Below the pieces are notes generated by a model. The model saw nothing but the letters and a program-made list of their open reading frames with translations. It made no database searches and was not told the origin of the DNA. From contig OZ243927.1 in NCBI GenBank assembly GCA_965213925.1, forward strand, positions 3,872,001-3,936,000: a DNA stretch of 64,000 nucleotides. Reading direction: 5' to 3'. Position numbers and translations under genes: made by a program. Positions 10,927 through 21,555 of the stretch are shown one piece after another; position 1 is the first letter of the stretch; every line of letters begins with the position of its first letter. This stretch comes from Trueperaceae bacterium (GTDB lineage: Bacteria > Deinococcota > Deinococci > Deinococcales > Trueperaceae).

Positions 10927-13900
10927 TTACTCCACCGTGACGATGAAAGGCGTTTCGAAGGTGGCTCTGGCATTCTCGTCGAAGCTTGCGATCGTGTTGT
11001 CTAGCGCGACGGGCGTCGAATTCGAGTCCGGCGCGATGTCGCCTGCGCCGTAGTTGTCGCCGCCATAGATACCTGCGTAGAGGTTGACGGTCGTACCGGC
11101 GTCCGGCTGCCCTTCAAAGCCCAGCACCGTCCAAGGAATCGCAGCTTCGGTGGTGAACGCGGGCGCACTGCCCGCTGTGGCGACGGGGTAGCGCGCGGTC
11201 AGGCGGGTCACGTCAGTATCAGAAGCGACGTCGTAGAGCTGCGCGTCTTGTCCTTCGAACTGCGAGAGGAAGAAGTCGACGGGCTCGCTAAAGGTGACGA
11301 GGCGCGGCAGCGTACTGAAATTTTCCGCCGACGCGCTGCCGCCCTCCATTGCGTCTAGGTAGAGGATGACGAAGTTGCCCGACGCCCGGTAGGTGTAGCC
11401 GAGGTAGAGGTAGGTCTCGTCATAGTCTACGAGCAGCGCCTCGAAGTTGTTGTCGGGTCCGAACACACCTTCGCTCGGGCTTTGTAGTGACGTCGCCGGC
11501 TCCGTCCAGTCAGAGAGGTCGCCGTCGATGACGTACTCCGTAACCCCGGTCTGCGCAGGTTCCAGAGAGAAATCCACGTTTTCGGCGGGCGCGGTGGCGT
11601 CTTGGGTGGCGTCGTTCAGACCTGTCCTCGAGGCGGTAAGCGTCGTGCTCTCCCCCGTCGGAAAGGGCAGGTAGTAAGACCCGTCGGAGAAGGTGAAGGC
11701 GTAATAAGCGGCTGGATTAGCTGACGACTCCACGAGCACTGTGCTGAGCGGTGCGCCTTCCGAAGTAACGGTGCCTTGAATGGCGGCGTCAGGCACGGGC
11801 GTAACGATGAAGTCGTAAACGCCTTCGTAAGTTAGCTCAGCTTCGTCAATGAGCAGGGGGCGGTTCGTCGTGCCGGAGAGTCCGTCCTCGTAGCCAGCAT
11901 TCTTCGCGTTCGGCGCGTCGTTGGAGAACTTAAAGGAGATTTCGCGGAGCAAGGGAAGCTCCAGCGTCGTCCTGTAGAAGCCGCGCTGACCCTCCACGGG
12001 CGTCATCGGGTACTCCAACTGCTCACCCGTGTCGAAGCGGCGGATTTCGATGTCGGCGCTACTCCCTTGCGAGCGGGCGTCCACGGTGAAGGTCACTTGG
12101 GCGGTGGCATCGGGGTCTGGCGTGGCGGTGACCGAAGTGCCGTCCGACTCGCGCCCGTCACTGTCCACCGTGACCACGTTGAACTCGTAGGAGGTGCCGT
12201 TCTCGAGCGTGTAAACCACGGCTTCGGACGCCGTCACGCTGGTGAACTGCCCAGCTTGAAATTCTCCACCTTCCGCCCGGTAGAGCACGCGGTAGCCGAC
12301 AGCCGCATCGTCTTCGACGGGCGTCCAACTGAGCTTGACCGCGCCGTTACCCGGTAGCGCGGAGAGGTCGGTGACGTTAGCTAGGTCGGGGTTGCTGCCG
12401 CCGCCTTGCCCCGCCTCGGCGCTCAGCGCGAGCAGCGTGCGCGCAGGAATCGTCCCGACGAGAAGTCCGTTTTGCAGACTCAAGGGGTTGTCGCGCCCGG
12501 TCACTTCGCTCAGGGCTGCGCCGTCTGCAAAGGTTCCTAAGAGCGGTACGCCGTCAGCGGGTAACGTTGAGAGGTCGATGGCTTCGTCCGAGTTGTTAAG
12601 CACCGCCACAACGGGCTGTTCGCCCTCTAGGGTGCGGCGGTAGGCTAAAATTTGCGTCCCCGTATTGCTCGGCTGCGCCAACACCTCATGTGCGCCTCGC
12701 GTAAGGGCAGGGTAAGCCGCTCTCGCCTCGGCTAACGCTGCCAAGCGCTCATCCAAGGAGGAGTCCGCCAAGCGGGAGAAGTCCATATCTGCACGGTTGT
12801 CGGGGTCGTTGCCCCCTTGCAAGGCGATCTCCGTGCCGTAGTAGACCATCGGATGACCGCGCGAAGTGTAGATGAGCGAAAGCCCTAGGTCCAGGCGCTC
12901 TTGCGCATTTTCGTACGAAACACCTTTGTTTTGCGAAACCGTCACGAACCGCGCCACGTCGTGGTTGTCCACAAAAGTCGTGAGGCGCGTAGGCTCATCA
13001 TAGGCAGCGTCCTGCGCGAAGATATCCGCCACGCCGTCCAAGTTTCCGTCCGGTCCTGAAAGTTCCTCGTTGATCGCGTAATGTAGTGGGAAGTCGAACA
13101 GGGAGGGAATGCCGATGTCGTTCTGATATTTGGCGATGAGCCCTACGTCACCGCTAAAGACCTCGCCTACCGTCCAGATGCGCTCGGGGTCGCCCGCGCC
13201 GCCCGGCGCGAAGAAGTCCTCCCAGTAGAAGTCGGGCACGTGCTTGACCGTGTCCATGCGGATGCCGTCAATGCCGATTTCTTCGACCCAATAGCGCACG
13301 GTTTCATCCAAGAAGGGCGGCACCTCTTCGTTCGCTTGGATGAAGTCGGGCAGCTCGGCGAGAAGACAGGCTTGCTCGTTCGGGGCGGCGTCGGTGTAAC
13401 AGATGGGCTCGTCACGCAGCCACTCGGGGCGCGTCTCCATCATCGTTGAGCCGTAACCTGTGTGGTTCACGATCATATCTTGGATGATCTTGATGTCGTT
13501 CTCGTGGGCGGTGCGCACGAGCGTCTTAAGGTCGTCCAAGGTGCCGAAGTGCGGGTCGGTGCGCAAGAAGTCCTCCGCCCAGTAGCCGTGAAAGCCCGCG
13601 AAGGGTCCCTCGTCTTGAAAGAACTCAAAGTTATCCATAAGAATCGCGGGGACCTGGTAGTACACGGGCGAAATCCAGATGGCGGTGAAGCCAAGCTCAC
13701 CGAAGTAGCCCTCTTCTATTTTCTGCGTGATGCCCGCCCAGTCGCCGCCGTGCCAGAGGCGTTCGTTGCTGAGGTCGGCTTCGTCGAAGGCATCCGGACG
13801 CGCCGCGCCATCGTCGTTGCTGGGGTCGCCATTGTTGAAGCGGTCCGTGAAGGCGAAGTAGATGTTCTCGTCGCGCCAATCCACCCCTTCAATGCGCTGA

Positions 13901-14397
13901 GGCTTGGCGGAGTCGGGCTGGACACCCTCTAGCTCGAGCGTCAAAGTTCCCGACTCGCTCACGTTACACGCCACACTCTCTTGCGCGGTGAGCGTGCCCG
14001 ATAAGGTATCGGTGAGGATGAGGTCAGCGTCTAGGGTCGCCTCGACATCACCCGATAAGGTCGCTGTGCCCGTAACGGTTTCACCTGAAACTGTCCCCTC
14101 GAACGGTCCTGACGCCATCAGTCCTGTCTGCCCGCTGACGAGCGAGAGCGTCCCACTCAGCGCGTCACCTTCTCTCGTGAAGCTAAGCTCGCTGACGACG
14201 AAGGTGTCGATTTCGCAGAGTTGAAAGGGAACTTCGGAGGCTCGCCACACCTGCGCGGCGTCCCCCCCTACAGGGTCGTTCACAGTATTTTGAGGCGTTA
14301 GACCGCACCCAGCGAGGGCGATAATTAAGGAGAAAATCGCGGCAAACCGATAAGACCTGCACCCAGCTATGAACTTTTTCATACGTGAGATTAACAT
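10927..14397 (-). CDS. Modular GH13 alpha-amylase-family lipoprotein with Fn3-like and carbohydrate-binding-like C-terminal domains
   Basis: Lipobox LAGC; DRFNNGD, FHGYW, IVNH, GIRMDTVKH, GEV and DNHD GH13 motifs; Fn3-like LSWTP..GYRV. Confidence 0.9.
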   Translation of the reverse strand: MLISRMKKFIAGCRSYRFAAIFSLIIALAGCGLTPQNTVNDPVGGDAAQVWRASEVPFQLCEIDTFVVSELSFTREGDALSGTLSLVSGQTGLMASGPFEGTVSGETVTGTATLSGDVEATLDADLILTDTLSGTLTAQESVACNVSESGTLTLELEGVQPDSAKPQRIEGVDWRDENIYFAFTDRFNNGDPSNDDGAARPDAFDEADLSNERLWHGGDWAGITQKIEEGYFGELGFTAIWISPVYYQVPAILMDNFEFFQDEGPFAGFHGYWAEDFLRTDPHFGTLDDLKTLVRTAHENDIKIIQDMIVNHTGYGSTMMETRPEWLRDEPICYTDAAPNEQACLLAELPDFIQANEEVPPFLDETVRYWVEEIGIDGIRMDTVKHVPDFYWEDFFAPGGAGDPERIWTVGEVFSGDVGLIAKYQNDIGIPSLFDFPLHYAINEELSGPDGNLDGVADIFAQDAAYDEPTRLTTFVDNHDVARFVTVSQNKGVSYENAQERLDLGLSLIYTSRGHPMVYYGTEIALQGGNDPDNRADMDFSRLADSSLDERLAALAEARAAYPALTRGAHEVLAQPSNTGTQILAYRRTLEGEQPVVAVLNNSDEAIDLSTLPADGVPLLGTFADGAALSEVTGRDNPLSLQNGLLVGTIPARTLLALSAEAGQGGGSNPDLANVTDLSALPGNGAVKLSWTPVEDDAAVGYRVLYRAEGGEFQAGQFTSVTASEAVVYTLENGTSYEFNVVTVDSDGRESDGTSVTATPDPDATAQVTFTVDARSQGSSADIEIRRFDTGEQLEYPMTPVEGQRGFYRTTLELPLLREISFKFSNDAPNAKNAGYEDGLSGTTNRPLLIDEAELTYEGVYDFIVTPVPDAAIQGTVTSEGAPLSTVLVESSANPAAYYAFTFSDGSYYLPFPTGESTTLTASRTGLNDATQDATAPAENVDFSLEPAQTGVTEYVIDGDLSDWTEPATSLQSPSEGVFGPDNNFEALLVDYDETYLYLGYTYRASGNFVILYLDAMEGGSASAENFSTLPRLVTFSEPVDFFLSQFEGQDAQLYDVASDTDVTRLTARYPVATAGSAPAFTTEAAIPWTVLGFEGQPDAGTTVNLYAGIYGGDNYGAGDIAPDSNSTPVALDNTIASFDENARATFETPFIVTVE

Positions 14398-14490
14398 GGT
14401 TCGCTCGGAAGAGGTAGCGTCAGCTCTTCATGAATGTCTCTGTAGATTTTGAGAAGATCAAGATATGTAGATTCAAATGTCTATAAAGCG

Positions 14491-15360
14491 TCAACTCGTG
14501 ATGAATTTATTGAAGCAAGCCATGTCTACTTCATAAACTATTTTTGGGTGCAGACCAAGCTCGACTTTCTCGAACATCTCAATAAGCTTTGTGCCGTCAA
14601 CTAATTCAATCTGCGGGGCTCCATCGCGATTGGCTTCTTTCGTCGCTTCAGCCGTGAAGGTGCCTGTTGTTAGGATTGTGCCCTTCTCCGCGCGCCCGAT
14701 CATCGCGTTCCTAAAATCGCCTACCTGGGACCTCGAGACTGATCCCTTATAACGCTTGCACTGAAAAAGCACTTTGAAACTTACAAAGAGGTTAAGCTCC
14801 AATACGCCGTAACCATCAATGCCACCGTCATGAGAAGCGCCCGTCACCTGAACGTTTTCGAATCCGTGTTCGCGCAAAAGCTCGCGGCAGATTCGCTCAA
14901 AACCTGATGGGGGAAGTTCGCGGAGTATTTCGAGCAAGCTGAGCGACGTTTCTTGCTCGTACTCTTCCGGGGCTTTCTCCTCTTGTTCTCGGATGACCTT
15001 ACTGTTCGCCTTCGCCTCTCTTGCTCTGCGGTGAATCTCCACCCACTTGAGAAAAAGCTCGCGCGATTGGTCTCTGTTGAGCGTTGTGTGTTTACCTTTT
15101 TCAGTTAGCTTCCACGTCCCATATTTAGATGAGTCGAGCAATCCTTCCCAAACAAGATGCTGCCTCGCCCACGCGACTTGATTGTGGAAGCGGCTCGCAC
15201 CTGACTTTAGGGTTTCATCTAACGTCTCGTTACTCAGATCGAGATTCTCCGCAATCTTGCTAGAGACCTCTCGAGGTTTGCCAGAATCCCCCAAATCTCT
15301 CAGCGCATTCAAAACAGGACCGAACCACTTCACGAACTCAGCTTGCTTTTTTCTCGCCAT
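14491..15360 (-). CDS. mrr: Mrr-family (type IV, modification-dependent) restriction endonuclease
   Basis: Mrr_N-like RFHNQVAWAR..L...G; catalytic DGGIDG...QCKRY; more AT-rich than neighbours. Confidence 0.9.
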   Translation of the reverse strand: MARKKQAEFVKWFGPVLNALRDLGDSGKPREVSSKIAENLDLSNETLDETLKSGASRFHNQVAWARQHLVWEGLLDSSKYGTWKLTEKGKHTTLNRDQSRELFLKWVEIHRRAREAKANSKVIREQEEKAPEEYEQETSLSLLEILRELPPSGFERICRELLREHGFENVQVTGASHDGGIDGYGVLELNLFVSFKVLFQCKRYKGSVSRSQVGDFRNAMIGRAEKGTILTTGTFTAEATKEANRDGAPQIELVDGTKLIEMFEKVELGLHPKIVYEVDMACFNKFITS

Positions 15361-15444
15361 ATCGGTCTTAATTGTACAACGTTAGCTTTATCTAAATCAC
15401 AAAAAAGGACGCCCGCAAGCGCCCTTCTCGAGAGATAGACTAAA

Positions 15445-15675
15445 CTACGATTTCTCTACCCAATCCCCATTCTCATTCTTCTCGTACTTCTGCTCCACCG
15501 CCGACCACGCCACCCTATGCGACACCTCTTCACGCGAGGCGTCCCCTCGGCGGTCCTCGGGGTCTTCGTACTGCTCCCAAGCACTGTTATACGCCGACTG
15601 GTAAATCTCTTGGGCGTGCTTGGGCAAATTATCCGTTACGGAGTCAGGCAGCTCGCTCCGCTTGTCGTAGGGCAC
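15445..15675 (-). CDS. chaB: ChaB family protein
   Basis: MPY...ELP..V...LP.HAQEIY..AYNSAW and HRVAWSAV motifs. Confidence 0.92.
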   Translation of the reverse strand: MPYDKRSELPDSVTDNLPKHAQEIYQSAYNSAWEQYEDPEDRRGDASREEVSHRVAWSAVEQKYEKNENGDWVEKS

Positions 15676-15676
15676 C

Positions 15677-16537
15677 CTAGCCTCCTATCACGGTACCGCC
15701 GTTAGGATGCAGCGTCTGCCCGGTGATGTAAGAGGAATCGCTTGAGGCTAAAAACACGTAGCAGGGCGCAATCTCTTCGGGTTGACCGGGCCGACCTAGC
15801 GGCACGTGCTCGCCGAAGCCTTCGACCTGCTCGGGCGGAAAGGTCGCGGGGATGAGGGGCGTCCAGACCGGGCCGGGCGCGACCGAATTGACGCGGATAT
15901 TTTTGGACGCGAGGTTCTGTGACAGCGCGCGCGTGAAGGAGACAATAGCACCCTTCGTCGAGGAGTAGTCGATGAGCGTCGGGTTCCCTTGAAAGGCCGT
16001 GACCGAGCAGGAGTTGACAATGGCGTCGCCTTCGCCCAGGTGCTGCAGAGCCGCTTTGCTCATGAAGAACATGCCGAAGATGTTCGTGCGGAAGGTGCGC
16101 TCGAGCTGCTCCTTGCTGATGTCGGTCAAGCTCTCGCACATGTGCTGTTCGCCGGCGTTGTTCACCAAGACGTTGAGCTTGCCGTACTCGTCCACCGTCT
16201 GCTGCACAGCCTGCTGTGCGAAGCTCTCGTCGCCCACATCGCCTTTGATGGCGAGGCAGCGCTTGCCTTCGGCCTCAACAAGGTCTTTAGTGTCGTTAGC
16301 GTCGTTGTCCTCTTCCAGGTAGACGATAGCGACGTCTGCGCCTTCTCGCGCGAACAAAACAGCTACCGAGCGCCCGATGCCGCTGTCGCCGCCCGTAATA
16401 AGGGCAACTTTGCCGTTCAGCTTGCCGCTCCCCTGACGTTCCGGTTGCGTCGTCTCGGGTTGCGGCGTCATCGCCTCTTCGCTGCCGGGTAAGGACTGGT
16501 CCTGGGCGGGTGGTGACTTGTGTTGGTCGTCGCTCAT
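15677..16537 (-). CDS. SDR oxidoreductase, general-stress YdaD/YhxC-like
   Basis: TGGDSGIGR, NNAG, YSSTK and PGPVWTPLIP motifs. Confidence 0.9.
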   Translation of the reverse strand: MSDDQHKSPPAQDQSLPGSEEAMTPQPETTQPERQGSGKLNGKVALITGGDSGIGRSVAVLFAREGADVAIVYLEEDNDANDTKDLVEAEGKRCLAIKGDVGDESFAQQAVQQTVDEYGKLNVLVNNAGEQHMCESLTDISKEQLERTFRTNIFGMFFMSKAALQHLGEGDAIVNSCSVTAFQGNPTLIDYSSTKGAIVSFTRALSQNLASKNIRVNSVAPGPVWTPLIPATFPPEQVEGFGEHVPLGRPGQPEEIAPCYVFLASSDSSYITGQTLHPNGGTVIGG

Positions 16538-16748
16538 GCTGCTTCCCCCTTGGTTGTAACTAGATTAGGATGCGGTCTCGGGGCGCACTGCTACTGTCTT
16601 CAATCGTTGAAACTGAAGCACCGCATTTTGAATTCTTTAGCGAGGTGTCCGTCTTGCCCCAACACCCGTTATATGAAAAATTTCGCGTTCAAACCGTAGC
16701 ATAGCGTGGTAACTCGCGTAAGTGCTGAGTTGGGGCATGCGTACTGCG

Positions 16749-17549
16749 TCAGCTTGCTTGCGCCGTCGAAATGATCTCCTCATCCTCCTCTTTATCCGTG
16801 AGGACGCTGCGCATCAGGAAGCCGTAACCGATGATGCCGATAGCGGCAAACGAGAACCACTGTAAGGCGTAACCTAAGTGCGAGCCTCCGCTGAGTTCGG
16901 GGGGCGCAGGGGAAACCGGAAGTTGGGAGGATTGTTGTGGCGTCTGTCGGTTGAGTTCGAGGTAGATAGGCTCGAGTCTATACGGCAACTGTTTCTCCAA
17001 CCGCTCCGTATTGACGAAGAAAACGGCGTCGAGTTCACCCTCAAGCGGGTCTTTCGGACCGAATCCCACCGGCTGCTCCTGCGTCGGGAAGAGAACACCC
17101 GTCACGCTGACCTCTCCGGTAGGCGGCGCAGCTTGGGCGATGGGTGGCTCGTCGAGGTCGAAAGGAACCCAACCTCTATCGACTAAGAGGGCTCGGTTGT
17201 CGTTCAGTATTAAGGGCGTAAGGACGTGGTAGCCGGGCTGTCCGTCCAGGGCTCTCGAGCGCAGCAGCACCTCGTTCTCCGCGTCGAAACGCCCCGTTAC
17301 CTCAGTGCGACGATACGCGGCGGCGTCCTCCACCGCTTCGGGTGCGGTGAGGTCGTACGCCTCTTTCAAGCGGCCAAAAGGTTGCGGCGCAGCCTCTAGG
17401 CGAGACTCTAAGAGGGTGTTGTAAGTTTGGCGCTGGTCTAAGCGTCTGAGCTGCCATAAACCCAAACTAACGAAAAGCACAATGAGCGAGAGGGCGAGTA
17501 TATGCCCGGCTATCCAGCGCGGTGTGAAGAGTTGTCTGTAGCGTTCCAT
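16749..17549 (-). CDS. SURF1 family cytochrome c oxidase biogenesis protein
   Basis: LGLWQLRRL, PGYHVLTPL, VDRGWVP and HLGYALQWF motifs; next to the oxidase genes. Confidence 0.92.
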   Translation of the reverse strand: MERYRQLFTPRWIAGHILALSLIVLFVSLGLWQLRRLDQRQTYNTLLESRLEAAPQPFGRLKEAYDLTAPEAVEDAAAYRRTEVTGRFDAENEVLLRSRALDGQPGYHVLTPLILNDNRALLVDRGWVPFDLDEPPIAQAAPPTGEVSVTGVLFPTQEQPVGFGPKDPLEGELDAVFFVNTERLEKQLPYRLEPIYLELNRQTPQQSSQLPVSPAPPELSGGSHLGYALQWFSFAAIGIIGYGFLMRSVLTDKEEDEEIISTAQAS

Positions 17550-17561
17550 AGCTCCTAAAGA

Positions 17562-17600
17562 GAGAGGGCTGCACAGAATTCGGTTCCGTGCAGCCCTCTC
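17562..17600 (-). terminator. Strong hairpin between oxidase subunit I/III and SURF1
   Basis: GAGAGGGCTGCAC...GTGCAGCCCTCTC 13-bp stem; only a weak U-tract. Confidence 0.5.
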
Positions 17601-17625
17601 GTGAATGTCACTTAGCGGTGGGCGG

Positions 17626-20391
17626 CTAGTTGCCCGGCGCGCCCTGCGGGTCTTCTTGAATGTTTTGCTCGGAGTTAGGGACAGGCTCCTCGACGGTTGG
17701 CGCTGCCGTTTCTCCAGTGGCGGGCGGCGCAGTTTCGGCGGGAGCGGACTCGTTGGTTGGCTCGACCGACTCGACCTCGGGTCCAGGCGTGACCGTCTCG
17801 GGGCGTCCCGGCGAGGTCTGCGCGGGCTTGCCAGGGCCGCCTGCGCCGGGAATGGTGGAGTCGGGAATCACAGGAATACCCCTTTCAGTTGCGCCCGGCG
17901 TGTCGGGTACGAAAGAGTCTTCCATATAGACCGCGAAGGGGTCGGTGACGTTGACGACTTCGCTCGGTCCTTTGTAGAAGATCGGCAAAACGTAGACGAA
18001 CAAGAGGACGAAAATCCACACCACATCGACCATGTGCCAGTACGCAACGGGGGCAGAGACGCCCGCGTGAATCTTAGGCGAGTACGCGCCGCGCATCCCT
18101 CTAACGAAGGCGACCGCCAACATAAAGAGCCCGATAACCACGTGGAGCATGTGTAAGCCCGTGATGGCGAAGAAGGCGGAGTAGTAGAGGTTCTCGCGCG
18201 GGTCGATGTGGGAAATAATCTCAGCCCACTCGATGCCCGTAATCCCCAAGAAGATCGCGCCGAAGCCGAGCGTCGCGGCTAAGAGACCTAAGAAGGTCTT
18301 GCGCTTATTGTGCATGAGGTCGTGGTGGGCGACGTGAACGGTGATCGAACTCGAGACCAAGAAGAGCGTGTTGAGGAGCGCCAGCGTCACCGAAGGTAAC
18401 TCTTCAGGGAAGGCGAAGCGTCCGGTGAAGTAGAGGTAGAAGTACGCGGAGAAGACCATTGCGAAGAGCGCAGCTTCCGAGCCTAAGAACCAGTACGTCG
18501 CCATCATGCCGTTGCCCATTTTGGTGCGGTTATGGTGCTCGACCTCTAACTCGACCTCTTCGCTCTCAAAGGCTTGCTCTCCCGCCCATAGCACCATCGC
18601 GAAGAGCGATATGCCCAAGCCTACGATCCAGAGCGGTCCTTGCATGACCAACCCGGCTAGGAAGACCGTCAGCCCGACCGAGGTGATAAAGGGCCAAATG
18701 CTCGGTTTCGGCAGGTGAATGTCAGAGGGACGCAAGGTCGCCTCTTCACCAACGGGCCACAAACCCATCTTCTGCCAGTCGTACAAGGGGCGCTCACTGC
18801 GGAATTCGGTGGGGAGTTCGACGCCGAAATTGTATTCGGCGGGAGGGCTGGTGGTGGCCCACTCGAGCGTATAGCCGTACTTCCAGGGGTTCGGTCCGGC
18901 GGTTTTAGGTCCGCGCAAACTTACAACGACGTTGTAGATGAAGAGCAAGAAGCCCGCTGCCAACATGACCGAGCCCAAGGACGAGAGCCCGTTCCAAATC
19001 TCCCAGCCGATGCCCTCGGCGTAGGTGTAGATGCGGCGCGGCATACCCAAAAGACCTAGGATGTACTGTGGGAAGTACGTCACCATGAAGCCCACGAACC
19101 AGAGCCAGAAGAGCCACTTGCCCATGCGCTCGTCCAAGAACTTGCCCGTCATCTTAGGGAACCAGTAAAAGGTGCCCGCCATGACGATGAAGATGGAACC
19201 GCCGATCAGCACGTTGTGAAAGTGCGCCACGACGAAATAGGAGTCGTGCATCTGCCAGGTGAAAGGCACGATAGCGAGCGCGACGCCCGAGATGCCGCCG
19301 ATGGTGAAGAGAAAGATAAAGCCCAAGGACATAAGCATCGCCGTGTTGAAGACGATTTTCCCCTTCCAGATCGTGGCGAGCCAGTTGAAAATCTTCACGC
19401 CTGTAGGCACCGCGACGAGCATCGTGGTGAAGGCGAAGACCGAGTTCATCAGCGGGCTACCCATCGAGGTGAACATGTGGTGCGCCCACACGAGGTAGCT
19501 GACCAGAGCGATACCCATCGTCGCGCCCGCCAGTGCGGTGTAGCCGAAAATCGGCTTGCGCGTGAACGTAGGCAAAATTTCCGAGACGATGCCGAACCAG
19601 GGCAGCACCATGATGTAGACCGCTGGGTGCGAGTAGAACCAGAAGAGGTGCTGGTACAAGACGGGGTCGCCGCCGATGGCAGGGTTGAACAAGCTGATAC
19701 CAATGGTGCGGTCCAAAAAGGTCATCATCGTTGCAGCGGTGACGCCGGGCGTCGCCAAGACCTGTAAGAACGAGGTGGCGAGAATCGTCCAGCCGAACAT
19801 CGGCAGTTGCCGCCAGCCCATGCCCGGCGTGCGGAGGTTGACGATGGTGACAATGAAATTGATACCCGCAAAGATGGACGAGAAGCCGACGAGCTGCAAG
19901 CCTAAAATCCAGGTGTCCATCCCTGCGCCGACCTGATAATCCGAACTCGAGAACGGGAAGTACGACACCCAGCCGCCCTCGGAGAAGCCGCCGAAAAGCG
20001 GCGCGGAGTAGATCAGCAAGCCGCCGAAGAGGTACAACCAGTACCCGAAAGCGTTCATGCGCGGCAGCGCCATGTCCCGTGCGCCGATCATCAGCGGGAT
20101 GAAGTAGTTGCCGAACGCCGCCGCGATGGGGATGATGAACAAAAACTGCATCGTCGTGCCGTGTGCCGTTAAGATTTGGTTATAGAACTCGCCTACGAGC
20201 ACGTCCATGTTCGGGCGCGACAACTGCAAGCGGATGAGAAGCGCTTCGATGCCGCCAATGCCGAAGAAGACAAAGGCTGTAATGAGATACATCAGCCCGA
20301 CTTTCTTGTGGTCAACGGTCGTTAAGAGGTCTAGCCAGACGGGTTTAGAGCGGCCCTCCTGCGCGCTCTGCCCTGCGGAAATACTGCTCAT
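17626..20391 (-). CDS. ctaD: caa3-type cytochrome c oxidase subunit I+III fusion
   Basis: FWFYSHPAVYI, VWAHHM and VVAHFH (subunit I); TGLHMLHV and YWHMVDVVW (subunit III). Confidence 0.95.
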   Translation of the reverse strand: MSSISAGQSAQEGRSKPVWLDLLTTVDHKKVGLMYLITAFVFFGIGGIEALLIRLQLSRPNMDVLVGEFYNQILTAHGTTMQFLFIIPIAAAFGNYFIPLMIGARDMALPRMNAFGYWLYLFGGLLIYSAPLFGGFSEGGWVSYFPFSSSDYQVGAGMDTWILGLQLVGFSSIFAGINFIVTIVNLRTPGMGWRQLPMFGWTILATSFLQVLATPGVTAATMMTFLDRTIGISLFNPAIGGDPVLYQHLFWFYSHPAVYIMVLPWFGIVSEILPTFTRKPIFGYTALAGATMGIALVSYLVWAHHMFTSMGSPLMNSVFAFTTMLVAVPTGVKIFNWLATIWKGKIVFNTAMLMSLGFIFLFTIGGISGVALAIVPFTWQMHDSYFVVAHFHNVLIGGSIFIVMAGTFYWFPKMTGKFLDERMGKWLFWLWFVGFMVTYFPQYILGLLGMPRRIYTYAEGIGWEIWNGLSSLGSVMLAAGFLLFIYNVVVSLRGPKTAGPNPWKYGYTLEWATTSPPAEYNFGVELPTEFRSERPLYDWQKMGLWPVGEEATLRPSDIHLPKPSIWPFITSVGLTVFLAGLVMQGPLWIVGLGISLFAMVLWAGEQAFESEEVELEVEHHNRTKMGNGMMATYWFLGSEAALFAMVFSAYFYLYFTGRFAFPEELPSVTLALLNTLFLVSSSITVHVAHHDLMHNKRKTFLGLLAATLGFGAIFLGITGIEWAEIISHIDPRENLYYSAFFAITGLHMLHVVIGLFMLAVAFVRGMRGAYSPKIHAGVSAPVAYWHMVDVVWIFVLLFVYVLPIFYKGPSEVVNVTDPFAVYMEDSFVPDTPGATERGIPVIPDSTIPGAGGPGKPAQTSPGRPETVTPGPEVESVEPTNESAPAETAPPATGETAAPTVEEPVPNSEQNIQEDPQGAPGN

Positions 20392-21544
20392 TGATCACCT
20401 CTCGAGGTCAGAGAATTAGCGTCTATAGTGGTGGTGTTCGGTGCTGTTTCAGGTGCTGCGGCGTCCTCTAGGTCCATCATGGAGCGCACATCAACGTCAG
20501 GTAAGGTGAGCGTCTCGAGATACGCCGTCAACGCTTCCGCTTCCTCCTGCGTCAAGCCTAAGTTGGGCATCGCGACGCCCGGCTTGACCGTATCGGTGTA
20601 GCGGAGCCAGCGGATCATATTCTCGGGGGTGTTCTCCAACATCCCCGCCGCGATGCTCGTGCGGCTGCCGATGTGCGAGAGGTCCGGGCCGACGCGGTTA
20701 TAGGTATTCACACCCTGCACCGCGTGGCAGTTGACGCAGCCTTTCGAGATGAAGAGCTGGCTGCCCTCTTGCACCAATGGGCTCTGCGCGGACACCTGCG
20801 TCGCGACGGTGGCGGGCTGCTTCGCTGCAACCGCCCAAGCATTGTATTGCTCTTGGGACATCGCCACGACGCGCAGGCGCATGTTCGCGTGCGAGTCGCC
20901 GCACAGCTCGGCGCACTGACCGTAGTAAACGCCTTCTTTTTCAGCCGTGAAGTAGAGCGTGCGTTTGTTGCCGGGAATAAGGTCCACCTTGCCCGCCATC
21001 TGCGGAATCCAGAAGGAGTGCATCACGTCTTCCGAGGCGAGGTTGACCTTGACGGCGCGTCCTACGGGGACGACCAACTCGTTCGCGGTGACGACCTCTT
21101 CGTCCAAGTACGCCATTTCCCACCAGAACTGCTTACCAACGACGTTCACTTCGATGGCGTCGTCGGGAGCGGAAATCGCGTCGAGGTTGTAGATAGAGCC
21201 CAAGGTAGGCACGAGCAACACAGCTAAGATAATCAGAGGAATGACGGTCCAGGCGACCTCGAGCTTCAAGTTGCCGTGCGTCTGCGGCGGCTCTTCGTCC
21301 GAATGCACGTCGCGGTCACGAAACGCGCCGACGATGCCCGCGATCATGAACGCGGTGACGATGATCATCACAAAGGTGCTGAAACCGACGACGAGCCAGA
21401 ACAGCCACGCGATCTCCTCCGCCTGCGGCGACGCTGGGTTAAGGATATTGGGCAGCGACGATAGAGCCCCGTAGGGTCCCTCGTCCGTCGCCGCTAACGC
21501 GAGCGGCAGCGCTAATAAAAAGGTAAAATTTTGAAATATTTCAC
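20388..21544 (-). CDS. coxB: Cytochrome c oxidase subunit II with fused cytochrome c; apparent 1-nt frameshift in the signal peptide
   Basis: DVMHSFW and CAELCGDSHANM (CuA); CVNCH; coding frame extends 5' of 21371; SD GGGAG plus GTG 21544 joins it if the A5 run at 21517-21521 is A6. Confidence 0.92.
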
Positions 21545-21555
21545 AAACACTCCCG

